Assembly: GCA_963767925.1 (NCBI GenBank)
Contig: CAVYGB010000008.1
Location: forward strand, 2,592,001 to 2,656,000
DNA from: an uncultured delta proteobacterium
Lineage (GTDB): Bacteria; Myxococcota_A; Polyangia; Fen-1088
DNA length: 64,000 nt
Direction of reading: 5' to 3'
The position numbers and the translations under genes are program-made. The stretch's first letter is position 1, and each line of letters opens with the position of its first letter. This document shows positions 40,848 through 50,781 of this stretch, piece after piece. The notes beneath the pieces are model-generated. The model did not search any database. It worked only from the letters and a program-made list of their open reading frames with translations, and was not told the origin of the DNA.

Positions 40848-41474
40848 CTAGCGACGGTCGCCGAACCCGCAGCCCTGCTTGCCAGCTTGAAACTGAGCAC
40901 CAGGACCCGAGCAGATGCCGCAGGGGAGAGCACAGCAACCCGAGGCGCAGTCCTTGGCGTTGAGGCACTGACCACCGATGAACTGCTGGCCGGCGCCGTT
41001 GCCCACGTTCTTCTCCCCGGAGGCATCGAACTTGGGCCCACCGACGCAGGCATTGCCCGCTCCACCCATGGGAGCAGGTGGGGGGTTGTTCGCCGGCGGG
41101 GCGACGACCGGGGCGGCCCTGCCGTCGCCAAACCCGCAGCCCTGCTTGCCAGCCTGGAACTGTGCTCCCGGACCCGAGCAGATGCCGCAAGGGAGGGCGC
41201 AGCAGCCCGAAGCGCAATCTTTGGCGTTGAGGCACTGGCCGCCAATGAACTGCTGGCCGGCACCATTGCCGACGTTCTTCTCCCCGGACTGATCGAACTT
41301 GGGGCCGCCCACGCAGGCAAGCGCCCGAGTCTCTTGGTTGAGGTTCTCCGAGGGGATGTCAGAAGGGCCAGCGTCGCATCCGACAAGCCCGGAGGCGCCG
41401 GTCAGGCCTCCTAGCAGGAGGAGGACGGAGACACGAAGGAAGGTTCTGGAGACCATGGAGGAAAGACGAAGCAT
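40848..41474 (-). CDS. Cys-rich lipoprotein with two tandem BAS2-like repeats
   Basis: lipobox LVGC; two 65-aa repeats KNVGNGAGQQFIGGQCLNAKDCASGCC...GICSGPGAQFQAGKQGCGF. Confidence 0.8.
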   Translation of the reverse strand: MLRLSSMVSRTFLRVSVLLLLGGLTGASGLVGCDAGPSDIPSENLNQETRALACVGGPKFDQSGEKNVGNGAGQQFIGGQCLNAKDCASGCCALPCGICSGPGAQFQAGKQGCGFGDGRAAPVVAPPANNPPPAPMGGAGNACVGGPKFDASGEKNVGNGAGQQFIGGQCLNAKDCASGCCALPCGICSGPGAQFQAGKQGCGFGDRR

Positions 41475-41874
41475 CGCGGACCCCTTTCAGGAGGATCAGG
41501 TTGTTGGGGCACCATCCGCTCACCGACCGGAACGACACCACAGCAGATGTGGTTGTCTCTGCCACCCCGGTCTTGTATTTCAGGCCCTGGGTCACTTCAA
41601 GAAACAATCCGGTCAACTGGTTGTCGGTTGCCAGTCAGCCAGGGCCCGCCCCTCCGACGAAGCGCACGAGTCGGCGACCGTGATCCACGGGTCGACTCGG
41701 CGGCGACGCCTTTTTCGGGCGTCTCGTCCGGGTTGTTCGGTAACGACGCGGATCTGGCACCGCGGGCGCAAGATCGCCACGCCGGTCAGCCGATCAGGAA
41801 GCTGAGCCCTATCGACCGGGTCGCTGCGACGCCGCCCCCCGCGAGGGTGGTCCTCGCGGTGGGGGTGGCGGGGG

Positions 41875-42318
41875 CTACTGGAGGCCGCCGATGACCCAGT
41901 TGTAGAGCAGGACCTGCTCTTCCTGGGTCGCGCACTTGGCCTTCCCGGCGTCCTGAGCCGGGTCGCCGGTGCACATGAACATCCCGCGGGGGGGCATGGT
42001 GCCCGACCGGATGCGGATGAAGGAGCACTCCCCTTTGGTCCTCCCCGCGCATTCCGGCGAGGTCGCCGGCAGCCTCGCGCTGGCCGAGCTGTCGGCGAGC
42101 GTGTGGGCGGCAGCGGCGGTGCCACCCGCAGCGTGACAGGGCGCGCAGCGGGCCAGCAACGCTGGCTTGACCTGGGCGTAGCTGACGGCCGCCACTCCGG
42201 CGCCGCTTCCGCCGCCGGTTCCGCTGCTGGCGTTGGGGGGAATCTCGTCGAAACAGCCCGGACCCGCCACAGCACCAAAAACCAACCAGAGCACGGCCAC
42301 GAAGTCGAACCGCTTCAT
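41875..42318 (-). CDS. monoheme cytochrome c lipoprotein
   Basis: GGAG RBS, lipoprotein signal ending PGC, CAPCH, MPP distal Met, W..GG end. Confidence 0.75.
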   Translation of the reverse strand: MKRFDFVAVLWLVFGAVAGPGCFDEIPPNASSGTGGGSGAGVAAVSYAQVKPALLARCAPCHAAGGTAAAAHTLADSSASARLPATSPECAGRTKGECSFIRIRSGTMPPRGMFMCTGDPAQDAGKAKCATQEEQVLLYNWVIGGLQ

Positions 42319-42639
42319 TGCTCCTCCTGCTCGAAGAAAGGGCGACCATAGCCCGAACCGCGGGAGCTGGCTATCGGCCGTTGGCGCTTCGTACGCGCCT
42401 GCCCACTCAATACCAGCCCATAGATCCGGGATGCTCCCGGATGGTGCTGGCGCCGCCGCTGGGCCCACCTCCATCGCCCCGGCCGACTTCGGGAAAGGTG
42501 GCTATCGATGATGCGGCGATATGACCGCTCGTGTGGTTCATCGTTCGCCTCGGTCCCGGCCTGTCGACGGCCTGGCCCGCGTCACCCTCGCTCTGGCATA
42601 AGCTGCGGGTCACCCGCATCGCCTGCCCGGAGGAGTTTC

Positions 42640-43515
42640 ATGAAGCAAGTTGTCTTCGCCCTGGTCCTGTCGATTCTGTCTGGCATCGGCCTTCGGGGCG
42701 ACGCGGCGCCGGCGCGGCGGGCGACGCCGCGGATCGCCGAGGAGATCCGCGCGCACAAGAAGGGGGTGGCGGTCTGGTGGGTGGGCAACGCCGGCTGGCT
42801 GATAAAAAGCGACGACGTCCTCATCGGCACCGACCTGGACCTGGGGCTCGACGACAAGATCCACGAACCTCCCATCTCGGCCACCGAGCTGGCCGAGCAC
42901 CTGACCGTGGCGTTGATTACCCATCATCACGGCGACCACTGCCATGGGCCCACCCTCGACGTCCTGGCGGAGCGGTCGCAGGCCACGCTGGTGCTCCCCC
43001 GGACCTGCCTGGACGCCCGATCCGGCCTGAACCTCCCCAGCAACCGCCTGATCGTGCCGGCGCCGCTGAAGCCCTTCGAGGTCCGCGGCGTCCACGTCGA
43101 GCCGATTCACGCCATTCACGGCGACCACGATTTTACAATCCTCACCCGGGAGCGGGAGCCCAACTTCATCAAGGGCATCCAGCACAACTGCGGCTACGTC
43201 TTCACCATCCAGGGCAAGCGCTTCGTGCAGCCAGGCGACTCCGTGCTGACGGAGGAGCACCTCGCCCTCCAGAACATCGACGTGCTCTTCGTCTCCCCGA
43301 CCGTCCACAACATGCACGTGGATCGGTCGTCGATCCTCATCAACCGCATCGCGCCCCGCCACATCTTCCCCCAGCATTTCGACACCTACCAGGAGGCGCC
43401 CGACAACCTCTTCTGGACGAGAGGCTACCCGGACGAGCTGCGGTCGCGCCTCCCCCGATCGCTCCAGAAGCGCTACCACAAGCTGCGCCAGGGCCAGCGC
43501 TTCCTGATCCCGTGA
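42640..43515 (+). CDS. secreted MBL-fold metallo-hydrolase (UlaG-like)
   Basis: WWVGNAGWLI, THHHGDHC, PGDS, PQHFDT; GGAGGAG RBS. Confidence 0.85.
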   Translation: MKQVVFALVLSILSGIGLRGDAAPARRATPRIAEEIRAHKKGVAVWWVGNAGWLIKSDDVLIGTDLDLGLDDKIHEPPISATELAEHLTVALITHHHGDHCHGPTLDVLAERSQATLVLPRTCLDARSGLNLPSNRLIVPAPLKPFEVRGVHVEPIHAIHGDHDFTILTREREPNFIKGIQHNCGYVFTIQGKRFVQPGDSVLTEEHLALQNIDVLFVSPTVHNMHVDRSSILINRIAPRHIFPQHFDTYQEAPDNLFWTRGYPDELRSRLPRSLQKRYHKLRQGQRFLIP

Positions 43516-43566
43516 CCGCCGCGTGACCCCGCCATGCCTCCGCCGAACCCGCGCTCACCGTGCGCA

Positions 43567-43959
43567 TCATCGTCGACCGTCCCGTTGCCGGCGTGAGGTT
43601 ACGATCTTGGCTGTCCAGGGCAAGAGCTCGCTCAGCCAGGTCCCGGCCTGGCCGTGTTGAGCGAAGCTGAACTGGCTCGGCGCGACCGGAAAGCGGGCTT
43701 GACGCGCGCTCATGCCCAGTCGCTGCCCATTCCTCACGGATTCGGGCAGGTCCTCGTCATAGCGCGCCTGGAGGCCCGGCTTGTAGTCGAACAGATCGAG
43801 CTGCGAGGGAGCACCCGCCATGAACAGCCAGACCACCCGCTTGGCGCGCGGGGCGAAGTGGAGACCCTCTGTCGCTTTCGCCCGCCCACCCAGCATGGCC
43901 GCCAGGGCCGTCTGGGCGAGGCCCCCCGACGCCAGAGCGAGTAGCTGTCGCCGATTCAT
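43567..43959 (-). pseudogene. DUF1501-family N-terminal fragment
   Basis: MNRRQLL Tat-like signal, HFAPRAKRVVWLFMAGAPSQLDLFDYKP, SELLP then truncation. Confidence 0.8.
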
Positions 43960-44739
43960 TTGTTGATCGCCTCGTCCAGGTTGAAAAACAGGCTCGCCAC
44001 CATGGTCCAGGCCGCCTGCTGCGCGTCCGGCAGCGTGCCATCGACAGGACTGCTGCCGACCCGGATCAGTGCCTGCGCGGCTTCTGGCGCCTGCTGATAG
44101 CGATCGACGAGAGCGGCCACCGTGGGCGTCAGCAACTGCTGCTCCTCGCCGCTGAGCGGACGGGCCAGTGTCCGACGCGCCAGGAAGTCGAGCCGCTCGG
44201 GTGTGCCGGAGCTTGCCTTCAGGGCGCCGACCGCAAGGTGGCGGGCCGCCTCGACGAACTGGGGAGCGAGCGTTGTCGAGCCAGTAGCGGGCGCGATGCT
44301 CGCCGTATGCTGGATCCGCGAGGTAGCGATCGACCAGCTTCTCGTACGCGTCGGGATCGACGGCTGCCTCTGCCGTGAAGGCGTCCACCTCGCCAGGATC
44401 CGGCGGCAGACCGCGGAGATCCAGGCTCAGCCGGCGGACGAGCGCTCGGGCGTTCGCCGGCTCTGCCGGTGCGAACCCCGCCTTCTCGAGCGCCGCGAGC
44501 ACGAAGTGGTCGACAGGATTGCGGGGCCAGTCCACCCGGCTGACGACGGGCAAGGTTGGACGTGATGGCGCCTGGAACGCCAAATAGGGATACTCAGGCA
44601 CCGGTTCGGGAGATGAGATGGGCCCCGACGCCGGTGGTAACCCCGTCAAGACAGAGCCTGAGCACCCGACCAAAGCACCGAGATGGCAGAGGAAAACCCC
44701 CACGGGCACCTCCCACCCGTCCCGCCTGCGCACCAGCAT
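43956..44739 (-). pseudogene. DUF1549/DUF1553 protein with large internal deletion
   Basis: AFQAP..P, NPVDHFVLA, LVRRLSLDL.GLPP, YGEHRARYWLD joined near 44270 to PQFVEAAR...AAWTMVASLFFNLDEAINK. Confidence 0.8.
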
Positions 44740-44898
44740 CCAGCGCCTCTTCGGAAGGTTGGCGCGAAGCTTTGAGCGCGAGGGATCCTGGCTATCTCGG
44801 CCGACCAGAGCAGCGAACCCGAGCTAGCTGCGCACCCTCTTCCCCACCGTTGCTGAAGCTGATGGAGGCCACCCGGATGCGGTCGGAGGCGCAGGCCG

Positions 44899-46536
44899 CT
44901 AGCCCGAGCGGGTGACGGATTCCCACACGACCAGGCGCAGGGCGTCGGCGTGGGTTTCGGCGGTGTAGCTCGAGCGCAGGCGCGCGACGAGGTCGGGGGG
45001 CGCCGGACGGACTCGCCACGGCGCGCCGTCGCGGGCGGACGCGCTTGCGGCGCGCCCCATCCGATCGATCTCGTAGTCGACGGCCTCGACGGCCTGCTCC
45101 AGCGTCGAGAACCGATCCACCGACGAGCCGTCGCGCGCGACCTCCCACAACTTTCCCCGCGCGCCGCGCTTGAGCACGGTTACGACGCTCGGACGGCCGG
45201 CGCGCGCCTCGAAGTGCAGCCCCACGCCGTGGCGGCCGAGCGAGAACCAGGCATTTCCCGAGATCGCGCGGACCTCGAGATCTGGCTCGAGCGTGAGCGG
45301 GTCGAAGCTCGCGGCGCGGTCCTGAATCTCACGCAGAGTCACGGCACCTGCCTCGAGCTGGAAGTCGGTGTGATCGAACATCAGCTGCAACCACACGCGG
45401 CGCGCTTCGCCGACATCACCTCCGCGCAGATCGAGATCGCGCGGGCAGCCGAACAGCGAGGGCAGCGAGCACAGGCTCAGGCTCGAGACGTCGACGAAGT
45501 CGAGGATCAAGCAGTCGTGTTTCCCCTCGGCGAGGCGCGTGCCGCGCCCCACGCACTGCGCGTAGAGCCCCTCCGAGCGGGTTGGCCGCGCCATCGCGAC
45601 GCACGACACGCCCGGATCGTCGAAGCCTTCGGTGAGCACCGCAACGTTCGCGACTACCTGGATGCGGCCGGCGCGAAACTCGGCAAGGGTCTTCGCGCGG
45701 TCGACGGCGGACATGGCGCCGTGGACGATGCCGGCGGGCACGCCGACGGCGTTCAGCGCGCGCGACAGGTTCCGGGCGTGGTTGACGGTGACACAAAATG
45801 CGATCGTGCGCCGGTCGCGCGCGAGCTCCTGAATCGAGCGGGCAACCAGCGCGTTGCGCTCCTCGATATCGACTGCCTCGGCGAGCTCGTCGTCGGGAAA
45901 GTCCGCGCCGTCCGAGGTGATACGACCGAGATCGGCCGCGGTGTCGATCCGGAAACCCTTGAGCCGGGCGAGATAGCCCTCGTCGACGAGATCGGGGAGG
46001 GTCTTGCTGTAGACGATGCGCTCGAACACTTGATCGAGACCCTTGCCGTCGCCGCGCGCGGTGGTCGCGGTGAAGCCGAGCAGAGTGCCCTCCCAGGCGC
46101 GCTCGAACGCCCCGAGCTGGCGCAGGATCCGCAGGTTGTCATCGGCGGCGGCGTGGTGACACTCGTCGTAGATCACCAGGCCGAGATCGCGGCCGGCCAG
46201 CACCCGCGTGAGCCGCTCCTCGTGCAGCGAGCGCAAGGATGCGACCACCACCTTCGCATCGCTGGCGGCGCGTTCGCTGCCGCGCTCGAGGGCGACAACG
46301 CTGGTGCCGTCGAGCGCGCGCTCGAGCTTGTCCTTCGCTTGCCCGAGCAGCTCCTCGCGGTGGGCGAGGACGAGCACCTGCTTTCGCGCCAGCCGCGCGA
46401 GGCGCGAGAAGATCACCGTCTTGCCGGCGCCCGTCGGCAAGACCACGACCATGCGCTTCGTGCCAGAGCGGCGCGCGGCGAGGACGGCATCGATGGCCTC
46501 GCGCTGATACGGCCGGAGCTCCGGGACACTGCTCAC
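44899..46536 (-). CDS. superfamily 2 DEAD/DEAH-like helicase (ResIII/Irc3-like)
   Basis: LRPYQ, PTGAGKT, DECH, TAT, LTEGFD, QCVGRGTR. Confidence 0.92.
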   Translation of the reverse strand: MSSVPELRPYQREAIDAVLAARRSGTKRMVVVLPTGAGKTVIFSRLARLARKQVLVLAHREELLGQAKDKLERALDGTSVVALERGSERAASDAKVVVASLRSLHEERLTRVLAGRDLGLVIYDECHHAAADDNLRILRQLGAFERAWEGTLLGFTATTARGDGKGLDQVFERIVYSKTLPDLVDEGYLARLKGFRIDTAADLGRITSDGADFPDDELAEAVDIEERNALVARSIQELARDRRTIAFCVTVNHARNLSRALNAVGVPAGIVHGAMSAVDRAKTLAEFRAGRIQVVANVAVLTEGFDDPGVSCVAMARPTRSEGLYAQCVGRGTRLAEGKHDCLILDFVDVSSLSLCSLPSLFGCPRDLDLRGGDVGEARRVWLQLMFDHTDFQLEAGAVTLREIQDRAASFDPLTLEPDLEVRAISGNAWFSLGRHGVGLHFEARAGRPSVVTVLKRGARGKLWEVARDGSSVDRFSTLEQAVEAVDYEIDRMGRAASASARDGAPWRVRPAPPDLVARLRSSYTAETHADALRLVVWESVTRSG

Positions 46537-46631
46537 GCCGCCACCCTAGCGCAAGCGACCAACATCGGGAATCGGCTCGAGAACCAGGCCGCGCGGCTTG
46601 CTCACGATCGGTAGGCGCCCGCGACCACCCG

Positions 46632-46854
46632 GACAACAATCGACCGGGTCGGCGGTGCGAGCGGTCGCCCTGGGCCCCCGAAGATCATCTCCTCGTCGGC
46701 CACGAGGACGCCGGAGTCAAGATCGCTGGCCTCTTCTCGTCGGGGCCGAAGGGGTCAATCCCCCCGGGCGTACCTCACCGATGTCCTCGGCCGACCTGGC
46801 TCGGCCGAGGTCCTGGACGAGCTGCTCCCGCAAAGGTGGAGCCGGTCGAGGTGA
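46632..46854 (+). mobile_element. IS66 transposase (TnpC) C-terminal remnant
   Basis: across frames: DNNR..SAVRAVALG..HLLVGHEDAG..IAGLFS..GVNPPAYLTDVL...LDELLP.RW*. Confidence 0.7.
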
Positions 46855-47419
46855 GCGGGCAGGCCCCCAAGCAGCCCGTGGCTGCTGGCGGCCGGCCTTG
46901 GGCCCTGATCCTGTCGTCGGCCCGGCGCAGGGGCAGGAAGCGTTCCCGCCCGGCACCCGCAGGGATGCCCCGCCGGTGCCGGTTCGAGGAGGTCACTTTG
47001 GTGAAGGGGTACAGGTGTTTGACTGCATGCCGGCCGATCCGCGAAAGGTCTCTGCGCTCTCCCCCCGCTGCGCCTCTTCGTCCTCGAGCACACCGTCACG
47101 TCAAAAGCTCCCCGACGTCCCTGCGGGGATGCGTGCGCGCCCACGCGATGGAGGCCGCCCCCACGTCGGAGGAAGACCGCTTGCCATTATCACGACTGAC
47201 CCCAAGGTACTTGCATGTTCTTCACCAGGAGAACACGGCTCCTGGCAACCCCGAGACTCCTCCGCGCAGGGAGGAGGAACTGGACACCAAGATGATCGCA
47301 ACCGCCGGACCGGATCCAAGGTCGAGAACGTGAAGAGGGCGCTCCCTGGAGCACCGAGGCCGAGGTAGTCGCCCACCTGAAGGCCGCCTTAACGTCGAGG
47401 AGGAAGAGGGAAACGGAAG

Positions 47420-48847
47420 ATGTTCTTTCAACGAGTAAAGACCCCGGGAATCGCACACGCGGCCTATATTGTCGGCAACAAGGGGGAGGCTGCCATCGTC
47501 GACCCTCGACGCGACGTCGAGGAGTATCTGGAAATTGCCAGCCAGCAAAAGCTGGCCATCAAGTACGTAGTCGAGACGCATCGGCAGGAGGACTTCGTCC
47601 TGGGATCGGCCGAGCTCGCCCGCGTGACAGGAGCCAAGATCGTGAATGGGCGACACGAACTGTTCGGCCACGGCGACATCCGCCTGGCCGATGGCGAGAG
47701 CTTCTCATTCGCCGGGTTGCGGCTCCAGGCTTTGCACGTCCCCGGCCACACGCCCGAGAGCATGTGTTATGGGCTCTTCATCCCCGACACGCCCGCTCGG
47801 GCCTGGGGCGTGTTCACCGGCGACGCCTTGTTCATCGGCGAAACAGGGCGCACCGATCTGCCTGATCCGAAGCGCACGGCCGAGAACGCCGGCCTCCTCT
47901 ACGACGGCATCCATCAGAAGGTGCTTCCGCTTGGCGATCAGGCGTTGTTGTTCCCGGCACATGGCTCTGGCTCGGTCTGCGGTGGAAACATCGCCGATCG
48001 CGACGACTCGACGCTGGGCCTCGAACGGCTCTACAACCCGGTGTTCGTCAGGTCGCGTCCGGACTTCATTGCGGCCAAGGTAAAGGAGCGGATCCCCCGA
48101 CCGCCCTACTTTGTCGTGATGGAGCGGCTGAACCTCAAGGGTGGTATCGCGGTCGCGACGCGACCCACGGAGGTAAAGATCCTCGGACCGAAGCAGTTCC
48201 AAAGTGATTGCGCCCAGGGCATCGTGCTCGATGCGCGAGACCCGGAGGCCTTCGCGGCGGGCCACGTGCCGAAATCGTACAGCGTCTGGCAAGAGGGCCT
48301 GCCCGTGTTCGGCGGCTGGCTGGCCGGGCCGAGCACTCCGGTGTTCCTGGTGCTCTCCAGGATGGACGACCTCGAGAGCGCTGTGCTTTCCCTGTCCCGG
48401 ATCGGGATCGATGGGGTGGCGGGGGTGCTGGCAGGTGGGTTCGATGCGTGGCGGGACGCGGGCATGGAGATCGCCCGTTCGGGGGTCGTGACCCCGCGGG
48501 ACCTCGAACGCAGGCTCGGCAAGGTGCAGGTGCTGGACGTACGTGAGGACGGCGAGTTCGAAGAGGAGGGACACATCCCCGAGGCCGCCCACATTTACGT
48601 CGGCTACCTCGAGCAACACCTGCGCAAGCTGGAGCCGGCTCTCGACAAGTCGAAGCCGGTGGTGGTCACATGCAGCGTCGGCCATCGCGCCAGCGTGGCG
48701 GCCAGCATCCTGCGCAGGGACGGTTTCGAGCAGGTAGAAAACCTTCTGGGGGGAATGACCGCCTGGAAGAACCTGGAGCTTCCACAGGAAAAGGGCGGCG
48801 GGGCCAGGACGGTCACCACGCCCCAGATCGAAGGAGAGCGCACGTGA
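47420..48847 (+). CDS. MBL-fold persulfide dioxygenase with two rhodanese domains (CstB-like)
   Basis: ETHRQEDF, PGHTPE, FTGDALF, PAHGSGSVCG, LDAR/LDVR, CSVGHRA, GGMTAW. Confidence 0.9.
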   Translation: MFFQRVKTPGIAHAAYIVGNKGEAAIVDPRRDVEEYLEIASQQKLAIKYVVETHRQEDFVLGSAELARVTGAKIVNGRHELFGHGDIRLADGESFSFAGLRLQALHVPGHTPESMCYGLFIPDTPARAWGVFTGDALFIGETGRTDLPDPKRTAENAGLLYDGIHQKVLPLGDQALLFPAHGSGSVCGGNIADRDDSTLGLERLYNPVFVRSRPDFIAAKVKERIPRPPYFVVMERLNLKGGIAVATRPTEVKILGPKQFQSDCAQGIVLDARDPEAFAAGHVPKSYSVWQEGLPVFGGWLAGPSTPVFLVLSRMDDLESAVLSLSRIGIDGVAGVLAGGFDAWRDAGMEIARSGVVTPRDLERRLGKVQVLDVREDGEFEEEGHIPEAAHIYVGYLEQHLRKLEPALDKSKPVVVTCSVGHRASVAASILRRDGFEQVENLLGGMTAWKNLELPQEKGGGARTVTTPQIEGERT

Positions 48848-49374
48848 GGAGCCAATCGAAGGACCTTCTGAGCTCGCCCTACGTGATCGGCACGAGTCTC
48901 GGCCTCCTCAACGCTTTCGCGTTCGCCACCGCCAAGCGCGGACTTGGCGTGACAAGTGCATTCGAGAGCGGCGCAGCGCTGACCGAGCGCCGGCTGGCGC
49001 CCGATGCCACGCGCATCAATGAGTACCTGAAGCAACGCGAGGAGGTCCCGAAGGTCGACTGGGAGTCACTGCTCGTCCTCGGCGTGTACGCGGGGAGCTA
49101 TCTGTCGGCAAGGACCGCCGGCGAACGTACTGAGAGCGTGATGTCAAGAGCCTGGTCTCGTCGCTTCGGCCCGGGTCGCCTCAAACGTTACGCAGCAGCT
49201 TTTCTGGGCGGGGCCATCATGATGTTCGGCGCGCGCATGGCGAAGGGCTGCACCAGCGGCCACGCGCTCACGGGAGTGTCCCAGCTGGCGCTGTCGAGCT
49301 GGGTGTTCACGCCGCTGATGTTCGGCAGCGCGGCGCTCGTCGCGCGCCTGCTGTACGGAAAGGATGGGCGCTGA
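48844..49374 (+). CDS. YeeE/YedE sulfur-transport family protein
   Basis: LGVTS, FLGG.IMMFGARMAKGCTSGH; GTGA overlap. Confidence 0.88.
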   Translation: MRSQSKDLLSSPYVIGTSLGLLNAFAFATAKRGLGVTSAFESGAALTERRLAPDATRINEYLKQREEVPKVDWESLLVLGVYAGSYLSARTAGERTESVMSRAWSRRFGPGRLKRYAAAFLGGAIMMFGARMAKGCTSGHALTGVSQLALSSWVFTPLMFGSAALVARLLYGKDGR

Positions 49375-49931
49375 TGCTCGGCGGGCGCGACTCCGTGGGC
49401 ATGCGCGTGCTTGGGCTCGCCACCGGGGTGGTGTTCGGCGGACTCTTGCAAAAGGGCAGGCTGACACGACCCGAAGTGATCCTGGGTCAGCTTCGTCTCC
49501 GTGACGCCCGGGTGGCACAGACCATGGCCGCGGCGGTGGCCTCGGGTGCCATTGGCATCCACGCTCTCGAGCGCAGAGGGCTGACCCGGAAGGACGTGAA
49601 GCCGCTGAAGGTCGGCGGGGTCGTGGCTGGCGCCGCGCTGTTCGGCAGTGGACTCGCGCTTCTCGGCTACTGCCCGGGCACCTCGATCGCGGCCGCGGGT
49701 GAGGGTCGTCGAGACGCGCTGGCCGGCGTTCTAGGGATGCTTGCCGGTGCTGCGGCCTTCGTCGCTCTCTATCCGCGGCTCGTGAAGCTGCTCGATCTCG
49801 GGGGCGATCTCGGCAAGGCGACGCTTCCGGGAGCTACCGCTACCCGAGCCCTCCCCTGGGTGAGCGGCCTCGCTGGCGCGACCGTCGCCGGAGCGACGGC
49901 GCACGCGGTATTCGGCAGCAGCGACGACTAG
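49374..49931 (+). CDS. YeeE/YedE sulfur-transport family protein (second half-type)
   Basis: G..FG.LLQKG, LFG.G.ALLGYCPGT; TGATG overlap. Confidence 0.88.
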   Translation: MLGGRDSVGMRVLGLATGVVFGGLLQKGRLTRPEVILGQLRLRDARVAQTMAAAVASGAIGIHALERRGLTRKDVKPLKVGGVVAGAALFGSGLALLGYCPGTSIAAAGEGRRDALAGVLGMLAGAAAFVALYPRLVKLLDLGGDLGKATLPGATATRALPWVSGLAGATVAGATAHAVFGSSDD

Positions 49932-50014
49932 CCTGGGCATCGCCCGACGACGCAGGGCATCAGGCCGCTACGGCGGCTGGCGGTCCGGCAAGGAAGAGCC
50001 GATACTTGCGGAAA

Positions 50015-50446
50015 ATGGCCATCGCCAAGCTGTCCCGCCCCGCGCTCCAGCTCGCTCCTGACCGCTCGGTCCGGGAGGCCATCGAACTGATGGCCGAGCA
50101 CGAGGTCGGGGCTATCACCGTGACCCAGCGGGGGTTGCCGATCGGCATCTTCACCGAGCGCGATCTGCTGCGCCGGGTGATGCTGGAGCGCCGGGACCCG
50201 AGCCAGACGCCGGTGTCCGAGGTGATGAGCGCGCCGGTGGATACGGTCCCGGCGAATCTGTCGTTCGAGGAGGCGGTGGCGATCATGCGTTCACGGCACC
50301 ACCGACATCTTATCGTGGTGGACGACGCCGGTGCCGTCCTCGGCATCGTGGCTCTTCGCTACGTTCTGTTCGGTCTGATGGACGAGGCGGCCCGCAAGGT
50401 CGACAGTCTGCAGGCCCATATCATGGCCGACGCTCCCGGCGGCTAG
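50015..50446 (+). CDS. CBS domain pair protein
   Basis: SVREAIELM....GAI.V, GIFTERDLL, VSEVM, RHLIVVD..GIV. Confidence 0.9.
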   Translation: MAIAKLSRPALQLAPDRSVREAIELMAEHEVGAITVTQRGLPIGIFTERDLLRRVMLERRDPSQTPVSEVMSAPVDTVPANLSFEEAVAIMRSRHHRHLIVVDDAGAVLGIVALRYVLFGLMDEAARKVDSLQAHIMADAPGG

Positions 50447-50781
50447 CCAGCGAGGGCAGTGAAGCCCGGTCCCGAGTCAAGCTGCTATGCCTCCGGCGGC
50501 TCCTGGCCTTGCGCGGGCTCGAGCGCTGCGGGAACGACGCCTCGTCGAAGGACTTGCGGATGCCGTCGATCCACCCCCAAGCACAGCGCCACGTCCAGCG
50601 CCGGCGGTGACGGTCACGGTGGCCACGCCCGCGTCTTTCTTGAAGACGCGCAACCAGACCTCCGTCTCGCGGTCGTGGTTCCTGGCGCGGAGTTCACGAA
50701 CGTGTGCGAACGTCCGGGCGTGGTCAGAGCGCGCCGGGGGCTCAGCGCGCGTAATCCGGCAACAGCGCTTCGTTCGGCGAC

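Noticed and set aside
40857..41318. Repeat pair as a DGR template/variable region
   Set aside because: Differences are synonymous third-position changes, not adenine-specific, and no RT is present
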